A stretch of 64,000 bases of DNA from Amoebidium appalachense (GCA_963693365.1 CAVNZM010000016.1:1805538-1869537); one strand, 5' to 3'; counted from the first letter of the stretch, positions 24,586 through 38,404 are shown. Numbers and translations are program-made. The notes: a model not told the origin generated them from the sequence alone.

Positions 24586-25457
24586 TCCTTATACCATGTG
24601 CGCCTGTGTAACTATTCCGCAAATTGCGCGTGTAGCACAGTGGACCAGCATGTGTGTGTACACGTGCACATGAAAGTGCAGACATTTCGAGGCTTGCATT
24701 TTCGTTGATATGTGAGCAAGCTAACTGAGAGCCTTTATAGTATTATGCTTTATACATGCACACACAGAGACGAAAACGCACACAGCGGCGCACATGTACG
24801 GGCATGCACACGCTCTCGTATTCACGTGCGCCACACACACACACACATGCCACACACAGACACGCTTGGACACACACACACACACCACACACAGACACGC
24901 TTGGACACACACACACAGACACGCATGGACACACACGCAGGGAGAAAGGGGGGTGGGGGAGGGGGGGGGGGGGGGGGGGGGGGGAGCGAGAGAACGAGAG
25001 AAAGCGAGAGCGGAGAGATGGAGTGAGGTCAAGGGGGAGGGGGAGAAAGGGGGGGGGGAAGGGAGGGGAGGGAGGGGAGAGAGGGGAGGATGGGGGGGGG
25101 GGGGGAGAGGGGGGAGGAAGACGGAGCGGGAGGACGAGTGAGAGAGGGAGAGGGAGGGAGGGGACGAGAAAGGAAGCGGGAAAGGGAGAGGGGCGGGGGG
25201 AATAGTTGGAGGAAGAGGGAGGGAGGGAGAGAGTGAGAAGGGGAGGGGCGTGGGGGGAGGGGGAGAGGGAGTGGGAGGTAGAGAGGGATGAGGGGAGAGA
25301 GGGAGAAGGGGGAGGGGGGGGGGGGGGGGGGGGGGGGGAGGTTGGAGGGAGGACGCGGGAAGAGGGAGGGACGAGGAGAGTAAGGGAGAAGCAATATCTC
25401 TCCACGACACTTTGCCCTCAACGAAAACAGCCGAGAGTCCAGCCCCCCCAGTCGCAG

Positions 25458-25490
<33 letters not shown>

Positions 25491-26761
25491 AAAAAAAGAA
25501 CACTTACAAACACACACACGCACACACACAAACACACGTGCATACCCTCTCCATGCAACCTCCAATTTCCCAGCCCGTCCGCCAAAAAACACAACCTACA
25601 TTCCCTTTCCCACCGCCATCCAAATATTGCCCCCCTCCAACATCAAGCTCCCCCTCCCCTCCCCCCCTCCCCACTCCCCCCCACACACATGCATGCACCC
25701 CCCCCCCCCCCCCTCCCCCTTGCGCGCCAAATAAAAAAAACGAATAACACACCTCGGCATCGACACCATCAAACAGCTCAATCTTAAGGCCATAGTCGCC
25801 CTTTGCCCCCTTTCCAGAAAAGGTAATCTTGTCACCCTCAATCACCGCCTTTTCGTCGTTGATACCAGTAAGGTCGAACGTGGCATACACGACATCCTTA
25901 CGCTGGGCCCACGTCACGGGAGGAGCTACGGTGGCACTGTTTTGTTTTGGGGGGGGGGGGGGGGGGGAGGGAGGGGAGGGAGGGAGGGAGGGGGGGGAGG
26001 GGGGAGAGAGAAAATATGAGGAGGATGTGAGTTAAAAAATGTGAGGATGTTGACCTGCATGGAAAATAAACGATACGGTTTTGGGCACAAATACCACCCA
26101 ATGGGTGGATCTTGATGTCCAGAAAACCAAGGTGATTGCGGAGGTGAATGCGGGGAGGTGGGGGGAGGGGGTGGAGGGGGGGGGGGGGGGGGGGGAGGCG
26201 GGAGAGCAAGGGTGGGAAGAAAGGAGGGCAAGGAGGGCGGGGGGGGGGGGGGGGGGGGAAGCAATGCATGAGGAGCGTGGGGGAGGGTTTGCAAGGTCAT
26301 GGAATACCACCCCTCCCCTCTCCCCTATAGCCCATGGCGTTTTCTCCCCAGGTAATACGAATATACACACACAGATGCACACACCAAGGTGAAACATGTG
26401 CTGCGAGGCTCACCCTCTGTCACCCCCCCCTTCCCCAACTTTTTCAAACTTCCAACTCGTGCACCTCTCAACTACCCCTCCCCCCCCCCCCTCCCCCCCC
26501 CCCCCCCCCCCAGCCAAATCTCCCGCCGTTTCCTCCTCTCCACGTTATAAGCAAAGGTGAAAACTTCACTTAGACCTCTCTCTATCCTCTGCCCTCCCTC
26601 CAGCCACTTTGATGTTATTGCACCAGCCCCCCTCTCTCCCATTTTATACAGTCCAGTTCCAACCTCTCGCTCCCCTGCTCCCTTTTTCTAACCGAAAGAA
26701 CTCGGTCATCCGCCGTCACAGAAGCAAAAACATCAACCACTAATGCTTACGTTGCCGTCAT
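19563..26761 (-). CDS. PTGES3: HSP90 co-chaperone p23 (SBA1/wos2 orthologue), 7 exons, 208 aa, with GGM-rich and acidic tail
   Basis: Exons 26761-26751, 25936-25753 ([19 protein letters not shown]...), 24087-23974 (…[24 protein letters not shown]), 22982-22836 ([15 protein letters not shown]…), 21848-21732, 20812-20785 and 19588-19563 (DMPPELED*). All are GT-AG and total 627 nt in frame. The p23 signatures WAQR, WPRLLK and [14 protein letters not shown] are present. Confidence 0.95.
22983..23450. repeat. ~59-bp degenerate minisatellite in p23 intron 3
   Basis: Unit CATGCCTTAAATGGCAACATTGCGTCTACATTGCCATATATGGTATCAGCAAACCTTAA: about 4-5 copies plus fragments. Confidence 0.8.
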
Positions 26762-27567
26762 GGTGATGTTGATGAGCAAACGAGAGATGGCAGCGGAGAA
26801 GTGAAGAAATTGAGGAGGCTCGAGGACTCACTGTGCCGTGGAAGAAAACAAAAAATTTGAGAAAGGCGCCAATCCGTCACCCTGTGGACCTACAAACTAA
26901 TGACATTAAACCTAAAATGATGTTTGAACAATGTTTAAACGAACGGCAGTTTTGTAGCTAGTAGACACGGTACACGTGGACCTTATTTTAGCATTTTATG
27001 CTATCCAATCATGTACCTCAACGTTTCATTGGCTCCCGGAAGCGTTGCGCAAACACTTTCCCCTTCCCCGGCGCGGCCCGGGGGCCTCTCAGCCGGGCCC
27101 TCGATCGCTCCCCACACCCGGTTCCTCCCTTTCGCGCTGACTGTATCCCTGGAGCTCCATGGCACGTACTGACTGTGCCCTCGAGCCTATGTACGATAAA
27201 TCGACGCTGGCTATTTTTCGAAGTAGGTGAGTCACGTGATCAGCCACTTTCCGTATCGTCCGCGTCTCCTTGAAAAATAAGAGCTACCTCAGAAGGTAGT
27301 AGTCCCTGGAGCCGCCGTAACCCTGCCTGCAGCTTTCCAAGTGTTAATTGAAGATATTGACGTAAGGTTGTGTTATTATAACCGAGATTATGACGTGGTT
27401 GGTCGAAGTATATGCACGACGTATGGTATACGTCCGTCACCGGGACATACACACACACACACACGCACTCGATTCACTCACTCACTCACACAAACACATA
27501 CACACACACACACACATGTACACGCAGACACACACACACGCTGGGCGCGCGGGGTGTACACTATGGT

Positions 27568-27571
<4 letters not shown>

Positions 27572-27624
<53 letters not shown>

Positions 27625-27669
27625 CGGCAACACACAACACACACACATACAGACACACACACACACGCG

Positions 27670-27744
<75 letters not shown>

Positions 27745-27756
27745 CAACACACAATT

Positions 27757-27805
<49 letters not shown>

Positions 27806-27855
27806 CGGCAACACACAACACACACACATACAGACACACACACACACGCGCACAC

Positions 27856-27933
<78 letters not shown>

Positions 27934-27947
27934 CAACACACAATTGC

Positions 27948-27994
<47 letters not shown>

Positions 27995-28003
27995 CAACAC
28001 ACA

Positions 28004-28033
<30 letters not shown>
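27572..28033 (+). repeat. Compound (CA)n satellite with a recurring ACGGCAACACACAA unit
   Basis: Five copies of CACGGCAACACACAA are embedded in (CA)n, with higher-order duplication. Confidence 0.7.
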
Positions 28034-28038
<5 letters not shown>

Positions 28039-29050
28039 TATACACAGAAGGTGCTAGCTACTTAGCTAGAGGCCGGAAAGGAGATGCATGCTTTCATGAA
28101 TTCGAATAATCACGAACAGGGCCTCTCGTTATCATGAGCTTCTGAGAAATGGAAAGGGGAGGGGGGGGGATGTCTTGCCATTTTGCACAGATTTGGGGTT
28201 ATGAGCATCGGTGTAGGACCCGAATGGAGTTTGACCACATGTAGATCCTCCTTTTTTTTCTTTTTTTTTTCTTGTGTGTGTATGTGCGTGTGCATGTGTT
28301 TGTGCGTGCGCGCATGGGTGGGTCACGGGGCGCGCGCACATGGGTGTGTGTGTTTGCGTGTGTGTGTGTGTGTGTGTGTGTGCGTGTGTGTGTATGTGTA
28401 TGTGTTTGTACATGTGTGTGTGTGCGTGTGTGTGTGTGTATGTGTTTGTACATGTGTGTGTATGTGTGTGTGTGTGTGTGTGTGCGTGTGTGTGTGGGTG
28501 GGTGTGTGCATGTGTGTGGGTGCACGCGTGCGTAGTATATGTTTTCTTTTTTTGTTCGCCCCTCAAATTCAGGGGGGGGGTGGGGGAGGGGGGGAGGGGG
28601 GGGGGGGGGGGGGGAGTGGGAGGGGAATGGGGGAGGGGTGGATCCGGGTATGTTCATATTTTTCACATCTTGAACCCTTTATTGCCAGTTATTCATGTCC
28701 GAAGTTCCAGACAAATACACATAAACAAACAGATAGGACTATTCATTCAGTATTTATAGAGATGTGCGTACAGGGCACGCTTTTATTGACATGCGATTAA
28801 ATACTTGTACACTTTTGATCAGCGACATAAGTTTCCACTACTAATTTATTTACATGTAGAGATCTCCCAATTGCCTATTCATGAGAAAACAGGGACACGT
28901 TCTATAGCTCTACCTCCATAGCCTCTCAAAGAAAAAAGCTCAATACCCAGTAGTATGTTATTTATTGGAGAGCATTGCATAATACAGCCACAAGGAAACA
29001 CGCACGCGTGCCGCATACCATACATACCAACACACATTCCACACAAATGC

Positions 29051-29865
29051 TTACTCGGGGTACCTAAGGTCGCTCTTCAGGTAAGCGGCAATATTGGGGT
29101 TTGATTCGACGGTGGAAATAACCTTTTTTATGCTTTCGGGGATTGGGGCCCCAAATGCCGGCCGGGTGTATTGGTTGTACATGAAGAGGTCGGCAATGGT
29201 GAGGGTGGCGCCCACAACGTGCCCGTTGTTGCCGTTTTCGGCCACAATCCTCTCGAAAATGGCCACCTACATAAAATCAAATTGAAATTTAGGCGTCAAA
29301 ATTCAAACATATTCGAGGGAAGGTCAGATAAAGTGTCAGATAGAATGAACGGAACTTGGGCATTATGTGTCGAAATTCATGCGCAATCGAGAGAATGTAA
29401 AACAACACGAAAAATGGAGGTAAGTTATGAATATTCAAAAATCAGTCATATAAGAAAATGTAGCAACTTGCAAAACAAGGGTTTTCACAGACTTTGGAGG
29501 GCCGGGTGGCTGGTCGGGGATGGGGGGGGGGGGGGGGGGGGGGGGGGGGGATCGAAAATGGAAAACAAGAGAGAAATTGAAGTAAAGATGGGGGGGAGGG
29601 GTGTGTGTGGGGGGGGGGGGGGGGGGGGGGGGAAGGATAATGCATATGGGGGGGGGGGGTGTAATTCATTAAGTCGGACGCAAGGCACAGCGCAATGCTG
29701 AAAGGGGAAATAGACCAACCTAACATAATGAACACAAAGCATCTTAAAATTTGCAGGCGTAGGCGGGGCCCCAGGGTACCCGAAAGCCCATCATCATAAT
29801 GATTCATTTCGTTGAACAAGAATTGGTTTCCGGCATGTTGTGTGTATGTGTGTATGTGTGTGTGT

Positions 29866-29905
<40 letters not shown>

Positions 29906-30179
29906 GTGCCTGGGTGTGTGGGTGTGGGGGGGTAGGGGTCGGGGGGGGGGGGGGGGGAAGGGTGGGGGGTAGGCGGTGTTGTGTGTGGGTGGGGAGTGGG
30001 TGGTGGGTGGGGGTTTGCACCGGGTTTGGGAGGGGAGGGGGGGGGGGGGAGGGGGGGAGGGAGGGAGGGGACCAACACACTACTACGGAGTACGAAGAGT
30101 ACACAATCACGACGAGCAACACAATGCAGATCATTCTTCTAAGCACAAAAAAAAGAGTATGCATCATATGCAGGCTGCG

Positions 30180-30224
<45 letters not shown>

Positions 30225-30750
30225 GGGAGCCATGCACGGGACGGTAAAGAAATATTTAACCAACTGTACTTTAGAGTGCCTGCATCATCTTGTATATGTG
30301 TGCCATTACACACAGGCATATTTGGGGGTGACTGAGATGTGTGTGTGAATGTGTCTGCGTCAACAATTGTTCATGTTTGTGTGCCGTATATGTTTGTGTG
30401 CATGTGCATGTGTTGTGTGTTTGTGTGTGTTTGCCCACACGCGCATGCACACGTGCATGCGCGTACGTGTGTGTGCCTGTACACACCTGCTTGGGGAGGT
30501 ACTCGGAGTTGAACTTTGCAAGCTCAGCCTCCTTGTTGTCTCCGGCATAAAATGCCCTAATAAAGGCATTCATGACGTCACACATACCCTCCAGAGCAAC
30601 ATCTACCCTTATATGCTCATCCTCATCCTGCCATCCCAAACATGCAGATGTGAGATTTTCTAAATGACCAAGGAATAGTGGTGGTGCTTGGTCCAAAAAA
30701 TATCGTGGGGGGGCACAGGGGGAAGGGGGGCGAGGGAGGGTAGGTGGGGG

Positions 30751-30795
<45 letters not shown>

Positions 30796-30832
30796 AGGAG
30801 GAGTGGGAGAGGGGGAGGAGGGTGTATGGTGG

Positions 30833-30863
<31 letters not shown>

Positions 30864-31864
30864 TAGAGGGTGAAAACAAAAAAGGACTGCCAGGCAAGGC
30901 TCAGGTCGTAGGGAAAAGTGGTCACTGTGACCATACTCGGGAAAAGGGACGGAGAGTAGCTGGTGGAGGGGAGGGGGGGGGGGAGGGGGGGGGGGGGGGG
31001 GGGGGGGGGGTGGGCAGAGATGGAAAGATCGAGAGAGCTCGAGCGAGACGCGGGGAGGGGAAGGGGGGGGGGGGGGGGGGAGGGGAAAGGGGGGGGCGGG
31101 GGGAGGGGGGGGGGGGGGGGGGGGGGGGAGAGAGAGCGAGAAAGAGAGAGAGGAAGGGAGGGAAAGAGAGAGAGAGCGCGAGAGAGAAGGGGAGAGGGAG
31201 GGAGAAACAAAAGAGAGAGCGAGAGAGACTTAGATTAGAGAGTGAGGGCGAGAAGGGGGGGTGTAGTTGTGTGTGTTACGGGGGGAGGGGAGGGGTGGGG
31301 GGCGGGGGGAGGGGAGGGGGAGGGGGGGGGAGGGGGGGGGAAGGGGGGGGGGGGGGAGGGGGGAGGGGGGGAGAGGGGGGGGGGGGAGGGGGGGGAGGGG
31401 GGGGGGGGGGGGGGGGTGGGAAGGTGGGGCATGACCTATTGAGCAGCGCTGTGTGGTAGGCTCCCAGCCCAAACGGCGAAAGCATGCCCTTCTGTATATT
31501 GCCACACCAACATCAAGACAGATCAAGCCCAGAGCACACGGTGCACGGTTTGTTTGGTGCGCACACACCACTACACACACGTGCGCACCCAGGAGACGTG
31601 TTCAGAAACTTCAATACGCACCTTGCCGTAGAGGTTGTAGGCACGGCCCACGTGGCGCAGCATGGCCATGGACTGGGGCACAACCGTGGTCTTCCCATCC
31701 TCGATGATGGCAAGGGCTGGCAGCTGGCCGAAGGTGTAGTCAATCCTGGCGTCGGGCCACTTGGGCGTTACGTTCTTGAACGTGGCACCGGCGGCAGCAA
31801 GCGCGAGACGAGTGGTTTCTGCGCGGCCGCGGCTGGGGAAGTAGTGAATCTCGTAGCTGGCCAT
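29051..31864 (-). CDS. Glutathione S-transferase, sigma-like (copy A), 3 exons, 199 aa
   Basis: Exons 31864-31622, 30627-30487 and 29266-29051 (600 nt). Motifs HYFPSRGRAETTRL, FGQLPAL, PQSMAMLR and VGATLTIADL are typical of Tyr-type sigma-like cytosolic GSTs. Confidence 0.95.
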
Positions 31865-33205
31865 TGTGAAAAAGGGATGGGGAAAGTGGATTCGAGTATG
31901 TGCAAATAATAACCGTTGTGAGCGTGCAACACTTTACAAAAACTGGGCTGAGTGGCTCATGAACATGTGAACGTATGATAGTCACACTACGTCTCTATAT
32001 ATACGGTCACAGTTTAGCAGCTTTAGTTTGCGTTCGTCAGGCTGGACTGAGAGTTTTGCTTGAACATACTGCTGCCCTGAGCGGCTATTACGCTATCGGC
32101 AATGCATGGCTTCTGATAACTCACCAATCGGAACTCCGCACAGCAGCAGCTGCCGCGCCGTTGATGCCAGTTGGTGGCCGGTGCACACGTGTTTGGTGAG
32201 GGAAAGGGGTGGCGACCGTGTCGGTTCCCTACTAACGTTACAGTGAGTTCTTTCACGTTTTTGTTATTGTTCCTAAGTATTAAATTTATCTTATTCAGTG
32301 AATGAAAATGTGAACTCGCAAGTTTGCGCTACCACCTGGTTTGTTGCCTCCGAATGGAGCTCGAGCAATTGCCTGTGAAAAATGCACGCTTGCAAAGGCC
32401 GAGCTCGAGTAGGGATGTGCATGCCGTGCACGCGTGTACAAGGTTAGGTTAGAATGCGATAGAGTGCGAGCTCGATGTGCATGGGTGACGTTATGCAGAG
32501 TGCAAGCCACACATACATGCATTGTACGTAAGTAAGCACACATGTTGGAGCACAATGAGCAGAGGAGAGCAGAGCCTACTGTACCTATCTTCCGGAGCGA
32601 GGGAGGAGAGGGAGGAGGGGGGCGAGGAGGTGGATGGGTTACACGAGTTCTAGGACCGGTCTACTATGCTGCTGCAGCTGGGTGAAAGAACAGGGAGGAA
32701 ACACGTGCAAATCGAATACTCGGTAGACTCCCCGCCAAGCAGAAATCGATATCAGAAATACTGGGAGTTGGACGAGGTACAGCATGAGCACCCGTGCGGT
32801 GTGTGTGTCCCGTGAACATGATGTGATTTGCGATTTGCGGGTTTTCGGATTAATTGCTTGTAGAGTGCTGTGTAATGTATAATGTGGGTGTGGGTGTGGG
32901 TGTGTGTGTGTGTGTTTAAGTGTGTCTGCATATCTGTTTAGACCGATCATCGGGACAAAAAGGCAAATACAGTACCACCGTAACGCTGTCTGCGCTTCTG
33001 CCATTATATTTTATTATGATGCATTATCCTCCGTGGTAGCAGCTATACTCATTCTTCCGACTTGCACAGACACACCACCATCAAAGGCAAATTTGAATAT
33101 ACACATTCAGCTTATCATAGACTTACACTGGCTTGATCATCGGCTTGATCATCAACAACACGCACGTGCTGGATATCATACATTCCTACGAAACATTCCA
33201 TTCAT

Positions 33206-33677
33206 TTACTGGGGGTAGCGAAGGTCGCTCTTGAGGTAAGCAGCAACCTTGGGGTCCGATTCGACGGTAGAAACAACCTTCTTCAGGTTATCGGGGACAG
33301 GGGCGGTGAAAGCGGGGTTGGAAAGGTGGTTGAAAAGGTAGATGTCGGCAATCGTGAGGGTGGAGCCCACAAGGTGACCGTTGTCACCGTTGGCGGCAGC
33401 GAGCTTCTCGAAGATGGCCACCTGAATTACAGGTAAGAGTAAGTTTTGGCTTGGACACGAAAGAGAGGGGGGTAGAAACGGGGGGGGGGGGGGGGGGGGG
33501 GGGGGGAGGAGAAGGGTGTAAGAGACATGGGGCATGACTCGGAAGTTCCGGAGGCTAGACGGTGGGAGCAGGCATGAAGGCAAATGAGACCTTTGTTCGT
33601 TTCTTATTCCAGTGTACACGTGTTCGTTTCTTATTCCAGTGTACACGCGCATGTGGATGTCTTTGTGTGTTTGGGAA

Positions 33678-33711
<34 letters not shown>

Positions 33712-34031
33712 ATGTTGAAAGGAAAATAGTACCTGTGACGTGGAAGGGGGAGGGGGGGGGGGGGGGGGTAGGGCAAAGTGTTGGAAGGAAAATAGTCCCT
33801 GTGACGTAAGGAGTAGGGAAAGAGGAGGCAAACGTTCGGGTGTGAAGATTCACAGGGGGAAAAGGGGGAAAAGGGTGGGGGAGGGGGGGGAGCGGGGGGG
33901 CTTTGGGGGGGAGGGGGGGGAGGGGGGGGGGGGGCAGAGTAGTTGTATATGCTGTAACAGAGAACTTGACGAGGGGACGCTGAAGGCGGAGAGTATGAGC
34001 GGACAGGGAGGGATGGGAAGGGTTCCGAGGG

Positions 34032-34079
<48 letters not shown>

Positions 34080-34663
34080 GAAGGGCAACAGTAACCACTG
34101 CTGGGTGGAAGAGTGTGTACACCTAACTGTCAAACGAGTGATAGTGTGTGGTGGCTGCAAGAACAGGGGGGGGGAGGGGGGGGGGAAAGCATGTTTAAGT
34201 ACACTGCGGGTGCCTGTACACACCTGCTTGGGGAGGTACTCGGAGTTGAACTTTGCAAGCTCAGCCTCCTTGTTGTCACCGGATAAGTAGAAGGCCTTCA
34301 CGAAGGCATTAGCGATGTCATTCAGACCCTCGAGGCAAACATCCACCTGGGTGTGCTCATCCTCATCCTGTAGGACGCGAAGATGTGAATATCGGGATGG
34401 TGGGCACACGATGCCGGGGAAGGGGGGGAGGGGGGGGGGGGGGGGGGGGGGGAGGGGGGGAGGGAGGAGAGAGGGGGAAGGAACGGGGAATGCACGGGTA
34501 AATAAGGAGAGGGGAGAGGGGAAGAGAAGAGAGAAAGAGGTAGCGGTTGAGGATCAGATCATAGTTGAGGGAGAACATCACATAGTGAAGGAAGCTACAA
34601 ACATGCTCGGGAGTGTGGCTGTATGTCTGTAATGCCGGACGGGTAGACATTGAAGGCGCGTGG

Positions 34664-34711
<48 letters not shown>

Positions 34712-35203
34712 CTGACGTGCGGGTGAAGGGGAGACGGGGTTGTGGAGGGGGGGGGGGGGGGGGGGGGGGCTCAAGGAGGACGGGCGAGGCAGAGGGCGAG
34801 AGTCTGTACAATAGGCAACGATCGTAGGCTATTAGGCTATAGGTTGAAAAGGCTATAGGGAAAAGGCAGTCTAACACCAGCTCTTACTCAAAACACTCGT
34901 GCATAAAGCATCCTCATGCATGCATAGGCACAGCCACACGCACGCACTTCCAGCACGCACCTTGCCGTAGAGGTTGTAGGCACGGCCCACGTGACGCAGC
35001 ATGGCCATGGACTGGGGCACAACCGTGGTCTTCCCATCCTCGATGATGGCAAGGGCTGGCAGCTGGCCGAAGGTGTAGTCGTTCTTTGCGTCGGGCCACT
35101 TGGGCGTCACGTTCTTAAACGTGGCACCGGCGGCAGCAAGCGCAAGGCGGGTGGGCTCGGCGCGGCCGCGGCCGGGGAAGTAGTGAATCTCGTAGCTGGC
35201 CAT
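33206..35203 (-). CDS. Glutathione S-transferase, sigma-like (copy B), 3 exons, 200 aa
   Basis: Exons 35203-34961, 34367-34224 and 33421-33206 (603 nt), with the same intron positions as copy A. Motifs HYFPGRGRAEPTRL, FGQLP and VGSTLTIADI. Confidence 0.95.
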
Positions 35204-35283
35204 TTCGAAGGTGGAGAAGGGAAGGGAAGGAGGTCAGCGAGAGAAAGGAGAGACGAGCGACACAACTTTTTTTTTTCCCGCGG

Positions 35284-35292
35284 CTTTTATAC
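35284..35292 (-). promoter_or_regulatory. Candidate TATA box of GST copy B (TATAAAA on the minus strand)
   Basis: Lies ~85 nt upstream of the ATG. GST copy A has TATATATA at ~31995-32002 in a comparable position. Confidence 0.4.
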
Positions 35293-35590
35293 ATGTCATG
35301 GGCCCACGAAGGTCCGGCGAAGCTATGAAATGACGGATAACCAATAGGAGATGGCTACGACCTTCCCGAAATTCCTCAGGCTCCCGGGCTCGGGGATGTT
35401 CTTACTTCAGTAAGAGTGAATACTGGTGTCAAAAAATGAATTTCTCTCACATAGAGTATGGGTGTTACCCTACAAATAGTATAACAACGATTCAATTACC
35501 CAACCAACCATGTTCTGTACCCGCTATTTTTAGACATGGAATTTGAAATTTCGGGATTCTTCAGATAGATCTCAGTCTCAGCGCGCAGTC

Positions 35591-36702
35591 ATGTGGCCTT
35601 GTGGCCACTCGCATCTGCAGCATCTATTCAGCGAGGACAGTTAGTTCTGCTGTAGCCCTCGAAAGTGATTAAGCAATAAAAGCTCCACTTTTATAAGGAC
35701 TACAAGTTACAAAATGATCCTCCGGGAACTTCATAGCTTGTCGTGAAAGTCTGGCCATGACAGTCACCAGCACTATTGTCACATCATGAGTCATGACCAC
35801 TCCACTCAGATCATGATCATCAGGCTATGAAAATAACAGGGTTTGAAATTGGCTTGCCCGGGCCAAAATGTGCACCGTTTCATGCATGATGGCCCTTGCA
35901 TAAATACGGTGTGTCACGGGCAGCTACAGTATAAGGGCTACCTTATGCACTGTGGTAGCAAAAATGAGCCGGTGAAAGTAGGGGAGACAAAGCAAAAAAA
36001 AAACATGCGGCGTGACAAAATATGTCCTGTGGCCAATCATATTGTGCGGACGGTGTATGTCGTACGTCCATTTTGATTGGAAGGAAAAACCACTTCACAA
36101 ACATCCACTGAAAAGCCATGAATCATACCCATATTTGGATATTTGCCGGATCAGTATTCTCATTTGCTGCGCACGCACCACACGGCTCGAAAATGAAAAC
36201 AGTGTCCACGCAATAAAAAGTGTGTAAACCCCCAAATGAAAACTTCGGCTTTCAGACCAAAGAAAGTTTCCGGGCCCCCCCGGGAAACTCACAAAAGTCC
36301 TCATTACAAAACACATTACATCTTTGTGTGTAACCATTCTCGTTTCAGACGTGGGAGCTAATCTCTCCACACCCGCCAAGGTGACAGTGACCCTTGCTTA
36401 TGAGGATGAGGGCTGCTGAGGTCTTCCTGGCAGGGTGAGGGCTTTCCAGCGTGCGCTGAGCACCGAGCTGAAGAGGGAGCTTGGTGATGATGCGAACTTG
36501 GTGGCCTTCAGGCCCAAGGTGAGAGCTGTTACCAATAGAAGTGTATTTTGGGTTCTATATAGATGTCTGTGTAGGACTGATAAAAACGTCATACACACAA
36601 CTGAGCCATCACTTGGGGGCCTTCTCTTTTTCATGGTGCAGATTTGTGTCCACGGCTATCTTCAGGGATCCACGTGCAATGGTGTGCGTTATGGCCCTTA
36701 CA

Positions 36703-36746
<44 letters not shown>

Positions 36747-36802
36747 GCGCGCACACACACACACGAGCGCGCCACACACACACACATACACACACGCACG
36801 CA

Positions 36803-36895
<93 letters not shown>

Positions 36896-36899
36896 GTGT

Positions 36900-36951
<52 letters not shown>

Positions 36952-37507
36952 CACCTGTACCGATGCATCTTGGGAGGCATGACGGACACACGCATGCTTA
37001 AAAACAAGCATTCAATTTCTAGTTTCAATAAGAGTTGGGGATTATGGAAATAGCCATGGAGATGTTAGGCACAACCGGGAGGGTTTGTTTAGTTTCACTC
37101 GAGTGCATATGTTGATAGGGGGAGTGACTGTAGTTGGTGTACTTGAGACACGAAGTGTGTGTGTTTAGGATGGGGTTTTTTTTTGCGGGTGTCTGTGCTT
37201 GTTTAGGGAGGGGGAGGGGGAGGGGGGAAGGGGGGTGTTGACCCATAGGTGTAACAGAGACAAGAATTAACTTCTTGACTTTTTCAAAAACACTCGATGT
37301 TTCCGTGTTTTCTCTTGCTGTCCCCACCACCACCATCAATCTTTTAACATCTTTTCCCTATCACAGCGCGGGCCCTTTGGCGAAGGCTGCTACGAGGTGT
37401 ACATCAACGACGAACTCGTTCACAGCAAAAAGAACGGAGACGGTGTGTTTGGAGAGGCCCAGTTGAAGGAGGTGGTAAAGAGGGTTGCCAAGCTGGCGCG
37501 TGCCTAA
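35591..37507 (+). CDS. SELENOW: Selenoprotein W-like (Rdx family) protein with in-frame UGA/Sec at 36417-36419; ~119 aa; start exon uncertain
   Basis: Exon 36349-36518 reads ...PAKVTVTLAYEDEGC(UGA)GLPGRVRAFQRALSTELKRELGDDANLVAFRPK. Exon 37367-37507 reads RGPFGEGCYEVYINDELVHSKKNGDGVFGEAQLKEVVKRVAKLARA*. Compare SelW VVYCGAUGY...TGFFEV...LIHSKKKGDG. A putative first coding exon at 35591-35639 is phase-compatible (GTTAGT donor). A SECIS lies downstream. Confidence 0.9.
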
Positions 37508-37580
37508 ATAAGGCAGTGACCTGATATGGTAGGTGTGGTAGTTTGTGTTGGTGTGTTATGGTGTAATGGGCGTGCATGGG

Positions 37581-37614
<34 letters not shown>

Positions 37615-37876
37615 GGTGGGAGGAGGGTGCGGGATGGAACTCGTGTTTGGGTGTGGGTGGTGTGGGTGTGCCTGTGTGCCTGTGTGTGTGTATGTTTGGT
37701 GGGTTGTGTGTTTATGCCTATGCCCTGTGTGAGGGCGTTTTTGGGTTCCGTGGTGGTGGTGTTGTTGTTGGTGGTGTGTATGCGTCACAGGCGGGGGGGG
37801 GGGGGGGAGGGGGTCCACAGTTCAGTTTCCGACGACTTTGGGGACGTGAGGGCAATGCATGTACTTTTATATGGAT

Positions 37877-37913
<37 letters not shown>

Positions 37914-38330
37914 TATTCGAGGCTCTGTCTACGGCAAGAGCTAGCAACAGTGCATTTTTTTTCTGCAAGCAATTGGGGCTGCCGTAATACTGTTAGTGTG
38001 AATTTTTATTTCGTTTTGTTCAGTTTTTGTTTGGATACAACTGGTGTTGTTAAAAAGGCCTTGTGCACCAGAATCATCTTGCCTGCGTGTTTTGTCAACG
38101 AGCCCCACCCTGTGATCTGCAGTCTAAACCTTTCCCCCTCCTCCCCGTGACCCCTGTCACACACACACACACACACACACACGGCGGACACACACAGACT
38201 CTCTCTTACATGCCCACGCTCTCACACCCACACATAGGGTGCCCGCATACACATACACGCCCACGCACATGCACGGCACGATTAGCTCAGAGGCCTACAC
38301 ACCCACGATTTCCACACACACACACACGCA

Positions 38331-38404
<74 letters not shown>

